From Clostridium sp. (GTDB lineage: Bacteria; Bacillota_I; Bacilli_A; RF39; UBA660), in contig JAMPDH010000004.1 in NCBI GenBank assembly GCA_023665725.1, positions 166 to 64,165 of the forward strand: a stretch of 64,000 nt of DNA, in the 5' to 3' direction. Shown piece by piece: positions 29,850-40,392 of the stretch. The notes beneath the pieces were generated by a model that was not told the DNA's origin, did no database searches, and saw only the letters and a program-made list of their open reading frames with translations. Made by a program: the position numbers and the translations under genes. Numbering within the stretch: the stretch's first letter is position 1; each line of letters begins with the position of its first letter.

Positions 29850-29985
29850 TAATATCAAAAAAGTGAATACACATAAGTATCCACTTTAAAACACAAAATA
29901 ATTACTTTTTGAGTATTAATTTGGCCTTTTACCTATCGCTTTAAGCAATCAGGTGAGAAGTGGAAACTTCTTCTTTCCTTTTTGA
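29850..29985 (-). promoter_or_regulatory. L20 leader RNA
   Basis: AGAAG..TCCACTTCTCACCTG motif and terminator AAAGTGGATAC..GTATTCACTTTTTT upstream of infC. Confidence 0.75.
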
Positions 29986-30028
29986 TTTCGCTATTAATTA
30001 TATAAAAATTTTTATATTTTGTCAACAC

Positions 30029-32338
30029 TTAAGTTGTAACAAGATTCTTAATAGTTTTAATATTTATACTTTTTTTATTCATAATAATATAATCTATTAT
30101 TATATTTTCTAATTCATCTTTTATTATTTTATCAACTTTTCTTGCACCAAACTCAGTATAATTTGTCATATCTAATATTTCATTTACTACATTTTTCCCA
30201 ATACTCAATTTTATTCTGTCTTTATATTTATTTTTTAGATTACTTACTTTTTTGTCTATTAAAGTTAATAAATCATCTTTAGATAAATTATTAAATACTA
30301 CTATATTATCTATTCTATTTATAAAAGGAACACTAAAATTTTCTTTTAATTTAGTTATTACTTTAGATTTATCATTATTAGTAAATCCAACATTTATATC
30401 ATGAAAACCTATATTTGATGTCATTACAATTGTAACATAATCAAATCTTACTATATTACCCTTTGAATCTTTTATTTTTCCATCATCTAAAATTTGAAAT
30501 AAAAGATTAATAATGCTAGGATGAGCCTTTTCTATTTCATCTAATATGAGTACAGAATAAGGTTTATTTCTTATTTCATCAAGTACCGTATTATTATCCA
30601 TATATCCAACATACCCACTAGGTGCTCCTAAAATCTTACTCACACTATGTGGTTCACTATATTCGCTCATATCTAGTTTTATTACATTTTCACCTACCAA
30701 ACTTTTAGAAAAAAGTTTAGATAAATAAGTCTTTCCAACACCACTTGGCCCAGTAAACATTACACAGTAACATTTTCCTTCATCTTTAAATCCAAGTTTT
30801 ATTTTTTTTATTATATTCATAACTTCATTTATAGCTTTATCTTGGCCAACTATATGACCACTAATATCTTTATTTATTTTATCTATTATTTTTTTGTTTT
30901 CACTTAAAAGTTCATATATTGGAATACCTGTTTTAGAATTTATAGTATATGCAACATCCTCTTTAGTTACAATTTTAACATTATTTCCATAAAAATTGAG
31001 TTCTAAATTATTTATCTCATTTACTAATTCGTTTTCACGGGTTTTATATGAAGACGCTTTATTAAATTCATCATTTAATATAGCATCATTTTTTTCTTTT
31101 AAAATTTCATTTAATTCTCTATTTAGTTCATTATATCTTTTAAGTTGTTTAGTTTCCTTTAAACTCGCCTTACTGCACACTTCATCTAATATATCTATAC
31201 TTTTATCTGGTTCATTTCTATCATAAATATACTTTTTAGTTAAAGTCATTATTAAATCTATAATTTCTTCACTAATTTTCACATAATGATATTTTTCATA
31301 TATAGTTTTCAATTTCATTAATATATCTTTGACTGTATTATTGTCCGGGGCCGATACCTTAACTATTTGAAATCTTCTATCTAAAGCTTTTTCTGGTTCT
31401 ATATACTTTTTATATTCGTTTATAGTTGTAGCTCCTATGCACTTTATTTTATTACGAGCTAAAGCTGGTTTAAAAATATTTGATGCATCAATCGCACCTT
31501 CTGCTCCACCTGCTCCTACTAATGTATGAATTTCATCTATAAATAAAATTATGTCATCATTATCTTCTATTTCATTTAAAATTTTTTTTAAACGTTCCTC
31601 AAATTCCCCTCTATACTTAGTTCCAGCAACTGTTGTTGCCATATCTAAACTTATTATTCTTTTATTTCTAAGGCATCTTGGTACATCTCCAATACTTATT
31701 AATCTACTTAATTCTTCTACTATAGCGGTTTTTCCTACTCCTGCTTCACCTATTAAAAGAGGATTATTTTTAGTTCTTCTACATAGTATTTCCAAAATTC
31801 TTTTAATTTCTTTATCTCTTCCAATTACAGGATCTATTTCATTTGAATATGCCCTTTTAGTTAAATCTACTCCTAGTTCTTCTATTAACAATTTCTTATT
31901 CTTTTTCTTCTTGTTTGTCAATTTATATGAAAATGTATTATATAAAGAATCTAGATCAACATTCATTCCAAGCATTATACGTATAGCAATACCTTCTCCT
32001 TCTTCTAATAAACTTGAAATTAAATGTTCAACAGTTACCTCTCCATTATTATTATCTTTACTATCTAGTATAGCATTTTGTATGATTCTTTTTAAAAGTG
32101 GTGTATATAAAAACCAATTACTTTCTTCTTTACCAACACCTACAATATCAATTATCTCATTTTTAAAATTTTCATAGTCAAGTTTATACTCTTTTAATTT
32201 TGCTGATATGCTTTTGCTATTTTTTAAAATTGATAAGAAAAGGTGTTCACTTCCAACATATGGATGTTTTAATTCATACATTTCCTTTTTAGCATCTTTT
32301 AATACCTTCCTAGCCTCTTCATTAAAATTTCCAAACAT
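30029..32338 (-). CDS. clpC: ClpC-like Hsp100 AAA+ ATPase
   Basis: Clp N-domain, DPVIGR, GEAGVGKT, LFIDEIH, GPSGVGKT, LDEIEKAH, FGARK. Confidence 0.88.
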   Translation of the reverse strand: MFGNFNEEARKVLKDAKKEMYELKHPYVGSEHLFLSILKNSKSISAKLKEYKLDYENFKNEIIDIVGVGKEESNWFLYTPLLKRIIQNAILDSKDNNNGEVTVEHLISSLLEEGEGIAIRIMLGMNVDLDSLYNTFSYKLTNKKKKNKKLLIEELGVDLTKRAYSNEIDPVIGRDKEIKRILEILCRRTKNNPLLIGEAGVGKTAIVEELSRLISIGDVPRCLRNKRIISLDMATTVAGTKYRGEFEERLKKILNEIEDNDDIILFIDEIHTLVGAGGAEGAIDASNIFKPALARNKIKCIGATTINEYKKYIEPEKALDRRFQIVKVSAPDNNTVKDILMKLKTIYEKYHYVKISEEIIDLIMTLTKKYIYDRNEPDKSIDILDEVCSKASLKETKQLKRYNELNRELNEILKEKNDAILNDEFNKASSYKTRENELVNEINNLELNFYGNNVKIVTKEDVAYTINSKTGIPIYELLSENKKIIDKINKDISGHIVGQDKAINEVMNIIKKIKLGFKDEGKCYCVMFTGPSGVGKTYLSKLFSKSLVGENVIKLDMSEYSEPHSVSKILGAPSGYVGYMDNNTVLDEIRNKPYSVLILDEIEKAHPSIINLLFQILDDGKIKDSKGNIVRFDYVTIVMTSNIGFHDINVGFTNNDKSKVITKLKENFSVPFINRIDNIVVFNNLSKDDLLTLIDKKVSNLKNKYKDRIKLSIGKNVVNEILDMTNYTEFGARKVDKIIKDELENIIIDYIIMNKKSINIKTIKNLVTT

Positions 32339-32396
32339 AATCGTCTTCCTCTCTTTTATATTCTATGTTTATAATGGTATTATTTATTAATTTTAA

Positions 32397-32579
32397 TCAA
32401 CAATAAATTATCATTGCTGAAAAACAAAAAACTTGTTCCTCAGAAAAAACACTAACCGACACTTGATATTTTATATCAATTACTTCTATTTCTTCATTTT
32501 TCAAAAAATCATTAATTGCTTTTTCTAGATCAGCCTCATGATTTTCATCAAATATTTTTACTTTCACTTTTATCACCAT
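32397..32579 (-). CDS. Cse60-like small sporulation protein
   Basis: KVKIFDENHEADLEKAINDFL...IDIKYQV...FCFSAMIIY. Confidence 0.7.
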   Translation of the reverse strand: MVIKVKVKIFDENHEADLEKAINDFLKNEEIEVIDIKYQVSVSVFSEEQVFCFSAMIIYC

Positions 32580-32692
32580 ATTTAATATACATTTTAAACA
32601 AAAAAAATAATGTCACTTTTTATTTTTAAATATTATTTTTTGTTCCATAATAATAAATAGATGCTATAATGAGTTTAAGAAGTGTGTTTTAT

Positions 32693-34105
32693 ATGAAAAA
32701 AGTTTTAATATTTTTAATAACATTATTTTTTTTAATTTTTATTTTTCTTTTATACTTTATAAAGGATATATATTTTTTTGATGATTCAAATAATACATTT
32801 ATAGAAGTTTATAGTGATATAAATATAATAAATAATAATATAAAAGCTAAATATTGTTCCATTTTATTCAAATTAAATTGCGAAGATATTTCTTATAAAA
32901 TAGAAAAAAGCAATAATACAAGTTTAGATAAACTAGGTAATTATGAATTAGAATATATAGTTAAACATAAAAATAAAATTAAAAATTTAAAAAAAAACAT
33001 TGAGGTTATTGATACTGTAGCTCCAACCATTACCTTAAATGAAACAACTTTGTCATGTCCAAATAAATTTATTGAACCCGGATTTACAGTAACAGATAAC
33101 TATAATGTGGATTTAAATGATAAGGTTTCTATTAAAAGAATAGATAATGTAATTTATTATAATGTAAAAGATGAAAGTGGGAATGAAACAACAGTAAAAA
33201 GAGATTTAAAATTTGGAGATACTGTAAAACCAACAATAACTCTTAAAGGATATGAAATTGAATATGTTTTACTTGGTAGTAACTATAAAGAACCTGGGTA
33301 TATTGCAACTGATAATTGTGATGATTCAGTTAAAGATAAAGTTATCATTGATGGAAATGTTAATACAAATAAAGTTGGTACTTACAAAATCAAATATACT
33401 GTATCAGATTCTAGTTTAAATGAGACAACTGTAACTAGAAATGTAAAAGTGTATGAGCCCAAAAACTATGCAACTATCATTCCAACAAATAAAGTTATAT
33501 ATTTAACATTTGATGATGGTCCAGGTCCTTATACAGAAAAATTACTTGATGTTTTAAAAAAGTATAATGTAAAAGCCACATTCTTTGTGACTAATCAGTT
33601 TCCAAAATACAGTTATTTAATAAAAAGAGAATATGAAGAAGGACATTCCATTGGTATACATAGTTATTCTCATTCATATAAAAGTGTATATTCTAGTGTA
33701 GATAGTTTTTTTAGCAATGTAAATAAAATGGATAATATTATTTATTCACAAACTGGAAGTCATTCCCATTTACTAAGATTTCCGGGTGGTAGTTCAAATA
33801 CAATAAGTAAATTTAATAAAGGAATAATGACTACTCTTTCTAAAGAAACTAATATAAGAGGATATAAATATTTTGATTGGAATATAGATAGTTATGATAC
33901 AAGCTTAAAATCATCCACTAAAATATATAATAATATAATTAAAGGCATTAATTCACATAACTATTCTATAGTTTTACAACACGATATAAAGAAACAAAGT
34001 GTTGAAGCTGTTGAAGATATAATAAGATATGGACTGGAAAATGGGTATACATTTTTACCACTTGATCTTACAAGCCCAACAGCACATCATAGTATAAATA
34101 ATTAA
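32693..34105 (+). CDS. Polysaccharide deacetylase with Ig-like (DUF5011-type) repeats
   Basis: DTVAPTITL/EPGY.ATDNCD repeats; YLTFDDGP, HSYSH, RFPGG, LQHD. Confidence 0.9.
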   Translation: MKKVLIFLITLFFLIFIFLLYFIKDIYFFDDSNNTFIEVYSDINIINNNIKAKYCSILFKLNCEDISYKIEKSNNTSLDKLGNYELEYIVKHKNKIKNLKKNIEVIDTVAPTITLNETTLSCPNKFIEPGFTVTDNYNVDLNDKVSIKRIDNVIYYNVKDESGNETTVKRDLKFGDTVKPTITLKGYEIEYVLLGSNYKEPGYIATDNCDDSVKDKVIIDGNVNTNKVGTYKIKYTVSDSSLNETTVTRNVKVYEPKNYATIIPTNKVIYLTFDDGPGPYTEKLLDVLKKYNVKATFFVTNQFPKYSYLIKREYEEGHSIGIHSYSHSYKSVYSSVDSFFSNVNKMDNIIYSQTGSHSHLLRFPGGSSNTISKFNKGIMTTLSKETNIRGYKYFDWNIDSYDTSLKSSTKIYNNIIKGINSHNYSIVLQHDIKKQSVEAVEDIIRYGLENGYTFLPLDLTSPTAHHSINN

Positions 34106-34125
34106 GAAAATTTACTATAAGTATA

Positions 34126-34149
34126 AAAAGGCTATATAAAGCCTTTTTT
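34126..34149. terminator. Bidirectional terminator
   Basis: aaaaggct-atataa-agcctttttt between convergent genes. Confidence 0.65.
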
Positions 34150-35173
34150 AAGTTGAACTATTTATTTCGTCATGTAAAGCCATATTAATACCATTTCCTA
34201 TTACATCACTTAATTTTTCTATTATAAAATCTATTTCTTTTGGTGTAACCATTAAATTATATCCAATTGGAGTTAAAACCTCATATATTAATTCTTTTAT
34301 TTCATCCTCATTTAATGTACCAATTATACCAAAAAGTTTTTTCTTATCCAAGTCACTAATATTTATATCTTTTTTTAAATAATTAACCCCATTCGGAACT
34401 AATTTACTTATAGGATTTTTTATAAATTCTTTGTTAAATGCATAATGTTTATACATATAATTAATTGTATCAGATACTATAACATTTGCATCTACTACTG
34501 TTGGGACTCCTATCGCAATTACTGGAATATTTAACGTTTCTTTGCTTATTTCCTTTCTACTGTTACCTATACCACTTCCTGGATGTATTCCAGTATCAGT
34601 CATCTGTATTGTTTTATTTACTCTTTCAATTGAAGAAGAGGCAAGAGAATCTATTACTATTAAAAAATCTGGTTTAATTTTTTCTATTACACTTAGTATT
34701 ATATCACTTGTTTCTATACCCGTTTGCCCCATAACACCTGGATTAATCGCACTTACTTTTGTAAATCCTATTATATTTTCAATTTCAAATAAATGTGATG
34801 TTACTATAATATTATTAATAGAAAGTGGCCCTAAAGAATCGGGTGTAGATTTATCATTTCCAAGGCCCACTATTAAGCAATATGGATTTTCTTTTATTTC
34901 AGTATTACTTATCATATTTTTAAGTTCATTAGAAAATATTTTTTTTACCTTTTCTTTATTTTGAGTATCTGTTACATCATCAAACTCTATAGTTACATAG
35001 TTTCCTTCTTTTTTATTTATCTTTTCACCATTTTTTTTATCCATATAAACTCTAGTTATTTTTATATTTTCGTTTTCTTCTACATACTTTTTAATTTCAT
35101 TATTATCTTTTATTGATTCAACAAGTAAGTCTGTCCTGATACTATATTTAGATAAATCTATTTTTTTATTCAT
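34148..35173 (-). CDS. gpr: Germination protease GPR
   Basis: IRTDL, VGLGN..TPDSLGP, PGVMGQTGIET, IDSLA, VPTVVD, LMVTPKEID; divergent from rpsT. Confidence 0.95.
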   Translation of the reverse strand: MNKKIDLSKYSIRTDLLVESIKDNNEIKKYVEENENIKITRVYMDKKNGEKINKKEGNYVTIEFDDVTDTQNKEKVKKIFSNELKNMISNTEIKENPYCLIVGLGNDKSTPDSLGPLSINNIIVTSHLFEIENIIGFTKVSAINPGVMGQTGIETSDIILSVIEKIKPDFLIVIDSLASSSIERVNKTIQMTDTGIHPGSGIGNSRKEISKETLNIPVIAIGVPTVVDANVIVSDTINYMYKHYAFNKEFIKNPISKLVPNGVNYLKKDINISDLDKKKLFGIIGTLNEDEIKELIYEVLTPIGYNLMVTPKEIDFIIEKLSDVIGNGINMALHDEINSST

Positions 35174-35290
35174 CTTATAATCACCATTTTTATTGTTATC
35201 AATAATAAAAAAAATATTAATTTTAATTGCTTTTTTATATAAAATTTGTTAAAATGTAGTAAGTGTTAATGAGGTGGAGGTGAGAGTGAC

Positions 35291-35551
35291 ATGCCAAATA
35301 TGAAAAATGCTAAAAAGAAAGTTTTAGTTGATGCTAAAAAGAAACAAACTAATAATGACTATAAAGCAAGTATGAAAACTGCTATTAAAAACGTTGAGAA
35401 AGCTGTTAAAGCAAACGATAAAGATAAAGCAAACGAAAACTTAAAAATAGCTATTAAAAAAATTGATAAGGCAACAGGAGCTGGCGTTACTTCAAAAAAC
35501 TACTGTGCACGTAATAAATCAAGATTAACTAAAAAAGTAAATCAAATGTAA
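35291..35551 (+). CDS. rpsT: 30S ribosomal protein S20
   Basis: MPNMKNAKK...KASMKTAIK...IDKA...KN..AR.KSRL. Confidence 0.95.
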   Translation: MPNMKNAKKKVLVDAKKKQTNNDYKASMKTAIKNVEKAVKANDKDKANENLKIAIKKIDKATGAGVTSKNYCARNKSRLTKKVNQM

Positions 35552-35603
35552 TTTGGTTTATTTTTTTTAATGTTTTTTATTTTTTTTGATATACTATTTA
35601 TAG

Positions 35604-36533
35604 GTGAAATTTATGAAGTTTAAAAATGTTATAAAGTTTTTAGTTTTTATTTGTTTAATAGGCGTTATTTACTTTTATCATAATGATATTTCAAATTATA
35701 TATTTGAAAATTTTGTAATAAATAAAAATGTAAAAATTAAAAGTCCTAATAATTATTATAAAAACTATGACTATGCTTATGTACAATTAACAGATAACTT
35801 TAGTCCTAAAAATAAACAAGATTTAATAAATATATTTTATACTATACTAAATAATGGATGGTCTAGTTTTAGTTTTTATTGTGATAGCAAATATGAGGAA
35901 TGCTATAACGATTTAAAATATTTAATATATGAAGAAGACACACTATCATATATAAATGATATGGTGAATCCATATAATAGTTATGAAAATATTTTCTTTG
36001 AGCCATCTAATTTTGGAAAATTTACTATTTCTGTCGCTAAATTATATAATGACAATGAAATAAATTATATAAATAATGAAATTGATAAAATAACGAATTC
36101 AATAATAACAGATGATATGACAACAGAAGAAAAAATAAAAGTATTTCATGATTATATTATAAATTTAGTACAATATGATAAAGAATACGATGTAAATGAT
36201 AAAAACAGTGTTTCAAATAAAGCAAATGGAGCTTTGTTAAATAAAAAAGCAGTTTGTTCTGGATATAGTGATTTAATGGCAATATTTTTAGATAGATTGG
36301 GAATAAATAACTATAAAATAATAAGTAAAGAACATGTTTGGAACTTAGTTTATATAAATGGTAAGTGGTTACACTTAGATTTAACTTGGGATGATCCAAC
36401 CACTTCAAATGGAAAACCTATTTTAATATACGATTTCTTTTTAATAACTACAGAAGAATTAGAAAATATAAGTAAAACTTTAAAAGATAACCAACATGTA
36501 TATAATAAAAATGTTTATCTTGAAGCAAATTAA
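35604..36533 (+). CDS. Transglutaminase-like membrane-anchored protein
   Basis: AVCSGY, HVWNLV, HLDLTWDDP (Cys-His-Asp triad). Confidence 0.85.
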   Translation: MKFMKFKNVIKFLVFICLIGVIYFYHNDISNYIFENFVINKNVKIKSPNNYYKNYDYAYVQLTDNFSPKNKQDLINIFYTILNNGWSSFSFYCDSKYEECYNDLKYLIYEEDTLSYINDMVNPYNSYENIFFEPSNFGKFTISVAKLYNDNEINYINNEIDKITNSIITDDMTTEEKIKVFHDYIINLVQYDKEYDVNDKNSVSNKANGALLNKKAVCSGYSDLMAIFLDRLGINNYKIISKEHVWNLVYINGKWLHLDLTWDDPTTSNGKPILIYDFFLITTEELENISKTLKDNQHVYNKNVYLEAN

Positions 36534-36553
36534 AAAGTGAAAACTCACTTTTT

Positions 36554-37774
36554 TTAAATTGTTGTATTTTTATTAAGTACCACTGTTGTAGATGTACCTT
36601 TTCCTAAAACAGAGGAATATTGTAAAGTTCCATTGTGAGCCTCTATTATTTCATTAGAAAGCGCTACTCCTAATCCTGTTCCATCTGGTTTAGTTGTAAA
36701 AAAAGGTTCTTTTAATTTTTTTAGATTTTCTTTACTAATTCCAACTCCATTATCTTGTATATTAATTTTAATTAAGCTATCAGTTTGTTCTAAATTTATA
36801 ATTATTTTACCGTTTTCATCTATTGATTCAATACTATTTTTTAATATATTAATAAATACTTGTAATAATCTATTGTAATCCCCCTCTATGAATATTTCAT
36901 CGTCTATAGTATCGAATTTTAATTTTATACCTTTTTGCTTTAATAGTGGTTTAAAATTATCTACTACTTCTTCCATGAGTAAATTAATATCTAATATATC
37001 TTTTTCAATATTTATTTTATTTAATGATAAAAAATCTTGAAGTAATATTAATACCCTATTAATTTCTTCTTTCATTATAGGTACATATTTTTTACTATGT
37101 TCTATATTTTCTACATCAAACATATCTAAATATCCCTTACAAACAGCTATAGGATTTTTAATTTCATGTGTTATTTTAAATATACTTTCCCTTAAATCCT
37201 TTACATTTTGAAAATCTTTTAAACTTTTATATATTGTAATAATTTGATCAAATTTTTCTATTAAAGTTGCCATTAAATATATTACAAAATAATATATAAT
37301 ACATATTATTATTATTTGAAACAAGTTAAATCCTGCTATTAACATCCAGGAAAATGAAACCATAGTATTTAATATTATAAATAATTGTATATAGTTTTTT
37401 TTACATTCCTTATATTTTAATTGAAATAAATACAAAATAAAATATGTAAGATATTCTATTAACACTATATATATTCCAACTGTAAATGAACTATAATATA
37501 CAATTCCTAAAATAAACAATAAAAGTATTGTAAACTTTCTGTTTAAAATACAAGCAAATATCAATGGTACATTAAACATAAGTTTAGGAAGTATTAATGA
37601 ATACGAATCGCCATATCTAAATATTAAATAACACGATGTCACAAGTGCGAAATCTATAAATAATTCCCTTTTTTTAATTGATGTATTTTCTGTATATATT
37701 TCATAAATCAAATAACATAATAACGGAAATAGTATAAATATACTATTCATTAATATAATTTTTAAAATATCCAC
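36554..37774 (-). CDS. Orphan membrane sensor histidine kinase, sporulation-kinase-like
   Basis: THEIKNPI, QVFINILKNSIE, DNGVGI, EPFFTTK..GTGLG; GTG after AAGGAGG; no adjacent response regulator. Confidence 0.88.
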   Translation of the reverse strand: MDILKIILMNSIFILFPLLCYLIYEIYTENTSIKKRELFIDFALVTSCYLIFRYGDSYSLILPKLMFNVPLIFACILNRKFTILLLFILGIVYYSSFTVGIYIVLIEYLTYFILYLFQLKYKECKKNYIQLFIILNTMVSFSWMLIAGFNLFQIIIICIIYYFVIYLMATLIEKFDQIITIYKSLKDFQNVKDLRESIFKITHEIKNPIAVCKGYLDMFDVENIEHSKKYVPIMKEEINRVLILLQDFLSLNKINIEKDILDINLLMEEVVDNFKPLLKQKGIKLKFDTIDDEIFIEGDYNRLLQVFINILKNSIESIDENGKIIINLEQTDSLIKINIQDNGVGISKENLKKLKEPFFTTKPDGTGLGVALSNEIIEAHNGTLQYSSVLGKGTSTTVVLNKNTTI

Positions 37775-37856
37775 ATTTTCCTCCTTGTTACATCCATATA
37801 TTAACATATTACTATGTCATATTTTGTCGAATAAAGAAAAAATGTGAAGAATTTAA

Positions 37857-38171
37857 TCACATTAAGTCATCTATATGTTTTTTTAATTGTTTAGCATCAC
37901 TACCAAAAATTATCTTTAATTGGTTATCAACTTCTACTATTCCTTGAGCTCCCATCTTTTGAATCGCTTCTTTATTAACAGTTTCAGTTGTTTTTAAGTT
38001 GACAATAAATCTTGATTTTTGTACATCATAGCTTATTATATTATCTTTACCACCTAAACATTCAACTAATTTATTTATTTCTATTTTAAAATCTTTATTT
38101 TTAGATTTTGCTATTGCTATTGCTATTATAAGAAGTACAACTATTATTATTGCATACTGTAAATATTCCAT
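37857..38171 (-). CDS. Membrane-anchored stand-alone PTS EIIB-like domain lacking the catalytic Cys
   Basis: LGGKDNII...KSRF...GAQGIV...QLKIIFG. Confidence 0.7.
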   Translation of the reverse strand: MEYLQYAIIIVVLLIIAIAIAKSKNKDFKIEINKLVECLGGKDNIISYDVQKSRFIVNLKTTETVNKEAIQKMGAQGIVEVDNQLKIIFGSDAKQLKKHIDDLM

Positions 38172-38274
38172 TATTAATCACCTAAATTAATTATACTACA
38201 TTAATTCATGTTTTAGCAAACTTATTTTTATATACTTGAATATTTACTCTAATTTATGTCAAACATTATAATAG

Positions 38275-39408
38275 GTGAAATTTATGAAAAGATTAGAAAA
38301 ATTTAAAATAGATAAATTTTTTCTCATTGCTATAATTATATTTATGATAATTAGTATAATAAATATATATAGTGCGAATAAGCTACTTTATAGTGTTTCT
38401 AATCTTGCTTTAAGACAAATTATATGGTACATAATTGGATTTATATTAGTTGCTATAATATTTATTATAAAAAATAAAACTATATATAAATATATAAATA
38501 TTTTATATATAATTGGTAATATATTACTTGTTTGTTTACTTTTATTCGCACCTGTTATAAATAATACTAAGTCTTGGTTTTCAATTCCAGGTATTGGCAC
38601 TATACAACCAAGTGAGTTTATGAAAATAATACTTATTATTATGCTTGCAAAAACTATAGATAAATTCAATAGTACTCATGAAAATCCAACTGTTTTTGAA
38701 GAATTTATTTTGATACTGAAGGTCTTATTTATTACTTTTATTCCTGCAATTTTAACATTTTTACAACCAGATACTGGTATTGTACTTATATATTTACTTA
38801 TTACATTTGTAATGCTTTTTATATCTGGTATAAGATATAGATGGTTTTTTCTTTTGTTTATTTTACTTGGAAGTATTGTTGCTTTTATACTTATATTATT
38901 TTTTTTAAATAACGATTTATTTATAGATATATTTGGGACTAGTTTTTTCTTAAGAATTGATAGATTAATAGATTGGAATAATAATAGTGGTTATCAGTTA
39001 ACTAATGGAATAGCTGCTATAGGAAGTGGTGGATTATTTGGATTTGGTATAGCTAATACTCCTATTTACTTTCCTGAACCACAAACTGATTTTATATTTG
39101 CAGTATTTGCAAATAACTTCGGTTTTATTGGTTCAATTGCTTTAATTTCATTTATAGCTTTATTTGATATTAAATTAATTCAACTTGCTAAAAAAACAAA
39201 ACTAGGGATTAATTCTTATGTCATATCTGGAATTATAGGAATGCTTTTATATCAACAATTTCAAAATATTGGTATGACTTTTGGTGTTATTCCTATTACT
39301 GGTATAACCCTTCCATTTATAAGTTATGGAGGATCTAGTTTACTTAGTTATATGTTAATTATTGGTATTATATTTAATATTTCTAATGAAATTGAAACAA
39401 AAAAATAA
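38275..39408 (+). CDS. SEDS family protein (RodA/FtsW/SpoVE)
   Basis: IQPSEFMK, LQPDTG, PEPQTDFIFA, PITGITLPFISYGGSS. Confidence 0.93.
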   Translation: MKFMKRLEKFKIDKFFLIAIIIFMIISIINIYSANKLLYSVSNLALRQIIWYIIGFILVAIIFIIKNKTIYKYINILYIIGNILLVCLLLFAPVINNTKSWFSIPGIGTIQPSEFMKIILIIMLAKTIDKFNSTHENPTVFEEFILILKVLFITFIPAILTFLQPDTGIVLIYLLITFVMLFISGIRYRWFFLLFILLGSIVAFILILFFLNNDLFIDIFGTSFFLRIDRLIDWNNNSGYQLTNGIAAIGSGGLFGFGIANTPIYFPEPQTDFIFAVFANNFGFIGSIALISFIALFDIKLIQLAKKTKLGINSYVISGIIGMLLYQQFQNIGMTFGVIPITGITLPFISYGGSSLLSYMLIIGIIFNISNEIETKK

Positions 39409-39439
39409 GGAAAATTTTCCTTATTATGTAACGATATTT

Positions 39440-40285
39440 TTACTTTAATTCATTTAATTGTTCTTTTGATATTTCTGTTACTTTAATTATGAAATCATCC
39501 GTTGAACCTTCTTTTAACATATTTTTAGCTATTTCAATTGCTTTATTAAAACTTCCTTGTTCAATACCCTCGGTAAGCCCCTCAGTACGGCCTTCATTTC
39601 TAGCTGAATTACATAATTTTCTTTGTACATTTTCATAATCATATTCATCTATAAATTTACTATCCATACTTAATCTCTCCAATTCTTCTACTATTACCTT
39701 ATTATCATTATCTTTTTTTTCTATTATTTCTTGTAAATCTTTTGATCCCAATAACCATAATCTTTTATCAATTTTACTACATTTATCATAACACATCTCA
39801 TGATATGGTTTCAAGTATATTTCATGAATTTCTAAATCATCATATTCTAACTCATAATCTTTATTATATAACTTATAGTTTATATTCATTATTGCTTTAT
39901 TAGTTCTATTATAATAATTATTTAACATTACTAATTTTATATTAGGAGGATTATCATAATTTTCTCCTCTATCAAATCCATGACTTGCTTTTCTATATAA
40001 ATATTGTCTTCCCTTTATTTCTACTGATTTGCTATATTCTCGATTTAATTCTATTATAACAAATTCATTATTCTCACCATTATTAAATAATAAATCAAAT
40101 CTATAATCCTTTATTCTACTTCCTGTATTATCTTCGTTATCTATTAATATATAATTAGTTAAATCTATTCCTGTTTTTTCTTTTATTATTTCTTGTAACC
40201 AATACCTTGTTCTTTCATTTTTATATAAGTATTTAAATGTTGTATCTGATATCATTTGAGTATCTATTATTTTATTATTAATCAT
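39440..40285 (-). CDS. Rpn / PD-(D/E)XK nuclease family putative transposase
   Basis: SDTTFKYLY, RFDLL...IIELN, C-terminal EGRTEGLTEGIEQG...EIAKNMLKEG. Confidence 0.8.
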   Translation of the reverse strand: MINNKIIDTQMISDTTFKYLYKNERTRYWLQEIIKEKTGIDLTNYILIDNEDNTGSRIKDYRFDLLFNNGENNEFVIIELNREYSKSVEIKGRQYLYRKASHGFDRGENYDNPPNIKLVMLNNYYNRTNKAIMNINYKLYNKDYELEYDDLEIHEIYLKPYHEMCYDKCSKIDKRLWLLGSKDLQEIIEKKDNDNKVIVEELERLSMDSKFIDEYDYENVQRKLCNSARNEGRTEGLTEGIEQGSFNKAIEIAKNMLKEGSTDDFIIKVTEISKEQLNELK

Positions 40286-40392
40286 TTTTTTACCTCCTAC
40301 TTATTACATACAATATAACTTCTCTATTTCCTTTTACAAACTTAAAATTTTTTAAAAATCGTAAAAAAAAGAATGGTTTTCCCATTCAACTT

